Positions 58,401 to 64,000 of a stretch of DNA of 64,000 nucleotides are shown piece by piece. A model generated the notes under the pieces. It was not told the DNA's origin. It did not search any database and worked only from the letters and a program-made list of their open reading frames with translations. How positions within the stretch are numbered: position 1 is the first letter of the stretch; every line of letters begins with the position of its first letter. This DNA is from Heterodontus francisci (lineage: Eukaryota), in NCBI RefSeq assembly GCF_036365525.1, contig NC_090378.1:120141593-120205592 (forward strand). The letters are read 5' to 3'. The position numbers were made by a program, and so were the translations under genes.

Positions 58401-61400
58401 GAGGTGGGACTGTGTGTCCATTATTATATATTATATAAAACTGTGGGTTGTGTCAGTGCAGGAGGTGGGACTGTGTTTCCATTATGATATATTATATATA
58501 ACTGTGGGTTGTGTCAGTACAGGAGGTGGGACTGTGTGTCCATTATTATATATTTTATATAACTGTGAGATGTGTCAGTACAGGAGGTGGGACTGTGTGT
58601 CCATTATTATATATTATATAAAACTGTGGGTTGTGTCAGTTCAGGAGGTGGGACTGTGTTTCCTTTATGATATATTATATATAACTGTGGGTTGTGTCAG
58701 TACAGGAGGTGGGACTGTGTCCATTATTGTATATTATATATAACTGTGGGACGTGTCAGTACAGGAAGTGGGAATGTGCGTCCATTGTTATATATTATTT
58801 TACACTGTGGGATGTTTCAGTTCAGGAGGTGGGAATGTGTATCCATTATTATATATTATATATAACTGTGGGACGTGTCAGTACAGGAAGTGGGAATGTG
58901 TATCCATTATTACATATTATATATAACTGTGGGACGTGTCAGTGCAGGAAGTGGGAATGTGTATCCATTATTATATATTATATATAACTGTGGGATGTGT
59001 CAGTGCAGGAGGTGGGACTGTGTGTCCATTATTATATATTATATATAACTGTGGGATGTGTCAGTGCAGGAGGTGGGACTGTGTATCCATTATTATATAT
59101 TATATATAACTGTGGGACGTGTCAGTACAGGAAGTGGGAATGTGTGTCCATTATTATATATTATTCTTTACTGAGGGATGTGTCAGTACAGGAGGTGGGA
59201 CTGTGTATCCATTATTATATTTTATATATTACTGTGGGATGTGTCGGTACAGGAGGTGGGACTGTGTATCCATTATTATATTTTATATATTACTGTGGGA
59301 TGTGTCGGTGCAGGAGGTGGGACTGTGTATCCATTATTATATATTATTCTTTACTGAGGGATGTGTCAGTACAGGAGGTGGGACTGTGTATCCATTATTA
59401 TATTTTATATATTACTGTGGGATGTGTCGGTGCAGGAGGTGGGACTGTGTATCCATTATTATATATTATATATAACTGTGGGATGTGTCAGTACAGGACG
59501 TGGGACTCTGTGTCCATTATTGTATATTTTATATAACTGTGAGATGTGTCAGTACAGGACGTGGGACTCTGTGTCCATTATTATATATTATATATAACTG
59601 TGGGATGTGTCAGTGCAGGAGGTGGGACTGTGTGTCCATTATTATATATTATATATAACTGTGGGATGTGTCGGTGCAGGAGGTGGGAATGTGTGCCCAT
59701 TATTATATATTATATATAACTGTGGGATGTGTCAGTACAGGAGGTGGGTCAGTGTGTCCATTATTATATATTATATATAACTGTGTGATGTGTCAGTACA
59801 GGACGTGGGACTCTGTGTCCATTATTGTATATTTTATATAACTGTGAGATGTGTCAGTACAGGACGTGGGACTCTGTGTCCATTATTATATATTATATAT
59901 AACTGTGGGATGTGTCAGTGCAGGAGGTGGGACTGTGTGTCCATTATTATATATTATATATAACTGTGGGATGTGTCAGTACAGGACGTGGGACTCTGTG
60001 TCCATTATTGTATATTTTATATAACTGTGAGATGTGTCAGTACAGGACGTGGGACTCTGTGTCCATTATTATATATTATATATAACTGTGGGATGTGTCA
60101 GTGCAGGAGGTGGGACTGTGTGTCCATTATTATATATTATATATAACTGTGGGATGTGTCGGTGCAGGAGGTGGGAATGTGTGCCCATTATTATATATTA
60201 TATATAACTGTGGGATGTGTCAGTACAGGAGGTGGGTCAGTGTGTCCATTATTATATATTATATATAACTGTGTGATGTGTCAGTACAGGACGTGGGACT
60301 CTGTGTCCATTATTGTATATTTTATATAACTGTGAGATGTGTCAGTACAGGAGGTGGGACTGTGTGTCCATTATTATATATTATATAAAACTGTGGGTTG
60401 TGTCAGTGCAGGAGGTGGGACTGTGTTTCCATTATGATATATTATATATAACTGTGGGCTGTGTCAGTACAGGAGGTGGGACTGAGTGTCCATTATTATA
60501 TATTTTATATAACTGTGAGATGTGTCAGTACAGGAGGTGGGACTGTGTGTCCATTATGATATATTATATAAAACTGTGGGTTGTGTCAGTTCAGGAGGTG
60601 GGACTGTGTTTCCATTATGATATATTATATATAACTGTGGGTTGTGTCAGTACAGGAGGTGGGACTGTGTGTCCATTATTATATATTATTTATAACTGTG
60701 GGACGTGTCAGTACAGGAAGTGGGAATGTGTGTCCATTGTTATATATTATTTTTTACTGTGGGATGTTTCAGTACAGGAGGTGGGAATGTGTATCCATTA
60801 TTATATATTAAATGTAACTGTGGGACGTGTCAGTACAGGAAGTGGGAATGTGTATCCATTATTACATATTATATATAACTGTGGGACGTGTCAGTGCAGG
60901 AAGTGGGACAGTGTATCCATTATTATATATTATATATAACTGTGGGACATGTCAGTACAGGAATTGGGAATGTGTATCCATTATAATATATTATATATAA
61001 GTGTGGGACGTGTCAGTACAGGAGGTGGGAATGTGTATCCATTATTATATATTATATATTACTGTGGGACGTGTCGGTGCAGGAGGTGGGACTGTGTATC
61101 CATTATTATATATTATATATAACTGTGGGATGTGTCAGTGCAGGAGGTGGGACTGTGTGTCCATTATTATATATTATATATAACTGTGGGATGTGTCAGT
61201 GCAGGAGGTGGGACTGTGTATCCATTATTATTTATTAGATATAACTGTGGGACATGTCAGTACAGGAATTGGGAATGTGTATCCATTATAATATATTATA
61301 TATAAGTGTGGGACGTGTCAGTACAGGAGGTGGGAATGTGTATCCATTATTATATATTATATATAACTGTGGGATGTGTCAGTGCAGGAGGTGGGAATGT

Positions 61401-62262
61401 GTATCCATTATTATATATTATATATAACTGTGGGATGTGTCAGTACAGGAGGAGGGACTGTGTGTCCATTATTGTATATTTTATATAACTGTGAGATGTG
61501 TCAGTGCAGGAGGAGGGACTGTGTGTCCATTATTGTATATTTTATATAACTGTGAGATGTGTCAGTACAGGAGGTGGGAATGTGTATCCATTATTATATA
61601 TTATATATAACTGTGGGATGTGTCAGTGCAGGCGGTGGGACTGTGTGTCCATTATTATATATTATATATAACTGTGGGATGTGTCAGTGCAGGAGGTGGG
61701 ACTGTGTATCCATTATTATATATTATTTTTTACTGTGGGATGTGTCAGTACAGGAGGTGGGAATGTGTATCCATTATTATATATTATATATAACTGTGGG
61801 ATGTGTCGGTGCAGGAGGTGGGACTGTGTGTCCATTATTATATGTTATATATAAATGTGGGACGTGTCAGTACAGGAGGTGGGACTGTGTGTCCAATATT
61901 ATATATTATATATAACTGTGGGATGTGTCAGTGCAGGAGGTGGGACTGTGTGTCCATTATTATATGTTATATATAAATGTGGGACGTGTCAGTACAGGAG
62001 GTGGGACTGTGTGTCCAATATTATATATTATATATAACTGTGGGATGTGTCAGTGCAGGAGGCGTGACTGTGTGTCCATTATTATATATTATATATAACT
62101 GTGGGATGTGTCAGTACAGGAGGTGGGACTGTGTGTCCATTATTATATATTATATATAACTGTGGGATGTGTCAGTACAGGAGGTGGGACTGTGTGTCCA
62201 TTATTATATATTTCTATAACTGTGGGATGTGTCAGTACAGGAGGTGGGACTGTGTGTATTGA

Positions 62263-62290
62263 GGTTTTTGTACGGCTCTGTCTCACTGTG
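62263..62290 (-). promoter_or_regulatory. V(D)J recombination signal sequence with 12-bp spacer (perfect consensus)
   Basis: Minus strand reads CACAGTG (62290-62284), AGACAGAGCCGT (12 bp), ACAAAAACC (62271-62263), directly after the last V codon. A 12-RSS on V is the kappa-type arrangement. Confidence 0.98.
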
Positions 62291-62592
62291 TAGAGGGTAG
62301 CTGCTATATTGCTGACAGTAATAATCTGCGACATCCTCATTCTGTACATTACTGATTGTCAGAGTGAATTTGGTGTTCTGTTGACTGCCGGTGAATCGTT
62401 CGGATGTTCCTGTGTATCGATCCGTTGCCTCATTGATCAGGAGAGTGGGTTTCTGACCGTCTCGCTGCTGATACCAAGCTACATCATCGCTAACGGACTG
62501 GCTGGCCGTACAGGTGATCGTTGCGGTCTGTCCCAGTGTCACTGACAGTGCCGGTGGAGACTGGGTCATGATGATGGTGTCTCCACTGATAC
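62291..62592 (-). CDS. IGKV: Immunoglobulin light-chain V exon, kappa-like (cartilaginous-fish type III/NS4-like), unrearranged
   Basis: (G)[100 protein letters not shown]. Both conserved Cys, WYQQ, D-x-A-D-Y-Y-C and the kappa-type CDR3 Pro are present. Polypyrimidine tract plus CAG acceptor at 62595-62593; 302 nt, phase 1. The isotype and taxon assignment is from my recollection of shark kappa sequences, not a search. Confidence 0.95.
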
Positions 62593-62778
62593 CTGAGGGG
62601 TAATAGAGAAACAGAGTGAAGTAAGAACTGTCACAGAAAGACCCTGTAAAATGAGATATTATTTGAGACAGTGACCGTTCCTCTTGTTTCAGCATTTTCA
62701 CTCCTATCACAAGTCAGTCGAATTGGACTGAAATAAACAGCAGGAAAATATTAAACGTGGAAGGAGAGAGATTTGTAC
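62593..62778 (-). other. Leader-V intron (186 bp, GT-AG, phase 1)
   Basis: GT at 62778-62777, AG at 62594-62593, preceded by TTCACTCTGTTTCTCTATTACCCCTC. Confidence 0.92.
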
Positions 62779-62827
62779 CTGCGACGCAGAATGCCAGAGG
62801 CCAGATCAGCTGGATGGGTGAAATCAT
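62779..62827 (-). CDS. IGKV: Ig light-chain leader (signal peptide) exon
   Basis: GCACC-ATG start; MISPIQLIWPLAFCVA-G (49 nt), then GT donor (G|GTACAA). Splices in frame across a 186-bp intron to give ...FCVAGISG-D. Confidence 0.93.
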
Positions 62828-62887
62828 GGTGCCTGCTCCTGTCTCTGTGCCTGGTTACTGATAAACTCTCCCTTCACTGGGCTCTGC

Positions 62888-62895
62888 TTTATAAA
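62888..62895 (-). promoter_or_regulatory. TATA box of the V promoter
   Basis: TTTATAAA about 60 bp upstream of the leader ATG and about 40 bp downstream of the octamer-like site. Confidence 0.75.
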
Positions 62896-62933
62896 GCTGC
62901 AGCCTGTGAGAGTCTGACTGCCTGTTTCTCAGT

Positions 62934-62941
62934 ATGTAAAT
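62934..62941 (-). promoter_or_regulatory. Ig octamer-like element ATTTACAT (7/8 match to ATTTGCAT)
   Basis: Light-chain orientation and the expected position upstream of the TATA box; one mismatch. Confidence 0.65.
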
Positions 62942-62971
62942 GGTATCACCCAGAGAAAGGCACGTCAGCAA

Positions 62972-63212
62972 CTCTCACTTCCTCTTCTCTCTCCCTCTTC
63001 CCCCCTCTCTCACTCTACCTCTCCCCCCTCTCTTCCTCACTCTCCCTCTCCTCCTTCTCTTCCACTTCCTCTGTCTCCCTCTCTCACTATCCCTCTCCCT
63101 CACTCACTCTCTTTCTCTCCCCTTCTCTCTATCCTTGTCTCTGTTTTGCTCTTTTGTGCTCTTTCTTTGTCATCCTCTCTTTCTGCCTCTCTCTCTCTGT
63201 TACTCTGTCTCA
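62972..63212. repeat. CT-rich polypyrimidine/polypurine low-complexity tract
   Basis: About 240 bp of almost pure C/T on the plus strand, with degenerate (CT)n runs. Confidence 0.9.
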
Positions 63213-63635
63213 CTGGCCTGGATTTTAAGGCTCCCTCGACATTGTGATCCCTGGTGGGAGATCCTGAAGTTGGCTCCGGATGAGGCCACCACGGACCTTG
63301 ACGCCGGCAGAGCCACTCCCGATCCTCCCGGTGACGGGGAGGCTCTGTGCCGACCACTCGGCCGCTGGGCGACAGGACCACAATTTAAATATTTAAATTA
63401 ATAATACTAATGAATTTAAATCTACTCACCCGTGATCTTGAGGGTCCGTCACAGTGTCGCACCTTCAGAACCCTGTCTGGGGAAACAAGGCACCACACTG
63501 GTGGGGAGGTGGGAGCAGGTCAGTTTCTCAGTGCAGGAGTTGGGGGGGAAACAGGGTCAAATAAACAGCAGGATGGAGGGGATGGTGGGAATTTTCTGTC
63601 ATTTTCTGAACTCGCTGACGAGCTCATAGAACCCA

Positions 63636-63916
63636 NNNNNNNNNNNNNNNNNNNNNNNNNNNNNNNNNNNNNNNNNNNNNNNNNNNNNNNNNNNNNNNNN
63701 NNNNNNNNNNNNNNNNNNNNNNNNNNNNNNNNNNNNNNNNNNNNNNNNNNNNNNNNNNNNNNNNNNNNNNNNNNNNNNNNNNNNNNNNNNNNNNNNNNNN
63801 NNNNNNNNNNNNNNNNNNNNNNNNNNNNNNNNNNNNNNNNNNNNNNNNNNNNNNNNNNNNNNNNNNNNNNNNNNNNNNNNNNNNNNNNNNNNNNNNNNNN
63901 NNNNNNNNNNNNNNNN
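63636..63916. other. Assembly gap (281 N)
   Basis: Run of N. Confidence 1.
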
Positions 63917-64000
63917 TCTCCCTCTCCCTCTCTCTGTCTCAGGATTCGAGCCTCTGGGCTGAATTTTACCAGCCCCTCCACTCGCGGGTCACAGCGCTGG

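Larger units (their letters stand above)
50670..59330. repeat. Tandem duplication of a 4.3-kb block containing the truncated LINE; boundaries approximate
   Basis: Offsets are 4311 (51211/55522), then 4372 after a one-monomer gain (52124/56496, 53102/57474), then 4370 after a 2-bp deletion near 58715 (54627/58997). Confidence 0.9.
1..62257. repeat. 61-bp tandem minisatellite/satellite array, about 950 monomers, interrupted by three LINE segments; continues beyond the left edge
   Basis: Consensus AACTGTGGGATGTGTCAGTACAGGAGGTGGGACTGTGTGTCCATTATTATATATTATATAT recurs head-to-tail with a 61-bp period (58-63-bp variants occur). Copy estimate is (62257-3337-2x407)/61, about 950. The last monomer ends at ...GGGACTGTGTGT (62257). 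Confidence 0.99.

Noticed and set aside
1-62257. CRISPR array
   Set aside because: No unique spacers, no cas genes, and a vertebrate context.
311-62293. Roughly 200 short Cys/Tyr/Ile-rich ORFs ([13 protein letters not shown]...)
   Set aside because: These are translations of the 61-bp repeat. The frame cycles every 183 bp, with a TAA per cycle that is occasionally lost by mutation; all three frames give the same peptide, and there are no gene signals.
62263-62592. Germline-joined VJ light-chain gene
   Set aside because: The V ends in an intact RSS with no FGxG J motif.
62204-62710. 168-aa minus-strand ORF as the complete Ig protein
   Set aside because: Its N-terminus is intron read-through and its C-terminus runs through the RSS into satellite. 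The real structure is leader 62827-62779 spliced to V 62592-62291.
63450-63456. Isolated perfect heptamer CACAGTG on the + strand
   Set aside because: No nonamer at 12 or 23 bp and no adjacent V or J coding sequence.
62773-63981. ORFs at 62773-63228, 62940-63401, 63100-63381, 63432-63629 and 63520-63981
   Set aside because: They derive from the CT low-complexity tract, the N gap or short chance frames, and show no recognisable domains.

Overview
Eukaryotic (vertebrate) DNA, most likely from a cartilaginous fish (shark). About 97% of the window (1-62257, open at the left edge) is one uninterrupted-orientation tandem array of a 61-bp monomer, roughly 950 copies, consensus AACTGTGGGATGTGTCAGTACAGGAGGTGGGACTGTGTGTCCATTATTATATATTATATAT. 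The array has layered higher-order duplications (about 119 bp, 1.1, 1.3, 1.95, 4.3 and 5.4 kb). It is interrupted by an intact RTE-clade LINE (26246-29572, +, 1063-aa APE-RT ORF, 10-bp TSD) and by two identical, inverted, 5'-truncated 397-bp copies of the same LINE, which represent one insertion later duplicated with the array. The array stops 5 bp from the nonamer of a perfect 12-RSS belonging to an intact, unrearranged kappa-type (shark type III/NS4-like) immunoglobulin light-chain V gene on the minus strand, with octamer-like site, TATA box, leader exon, intron and V exon. The array therefore fills the position where the J segment is expected, and I see no J segment or convergent 23-RSS in 62 kb. 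Each monomer also contains a degenerate heptamer-23-nonamer arrangement in the same orientation as the V RSS. The short Cys/Tyr-rich ORFs in the ORF track are artefacts of the repeat.
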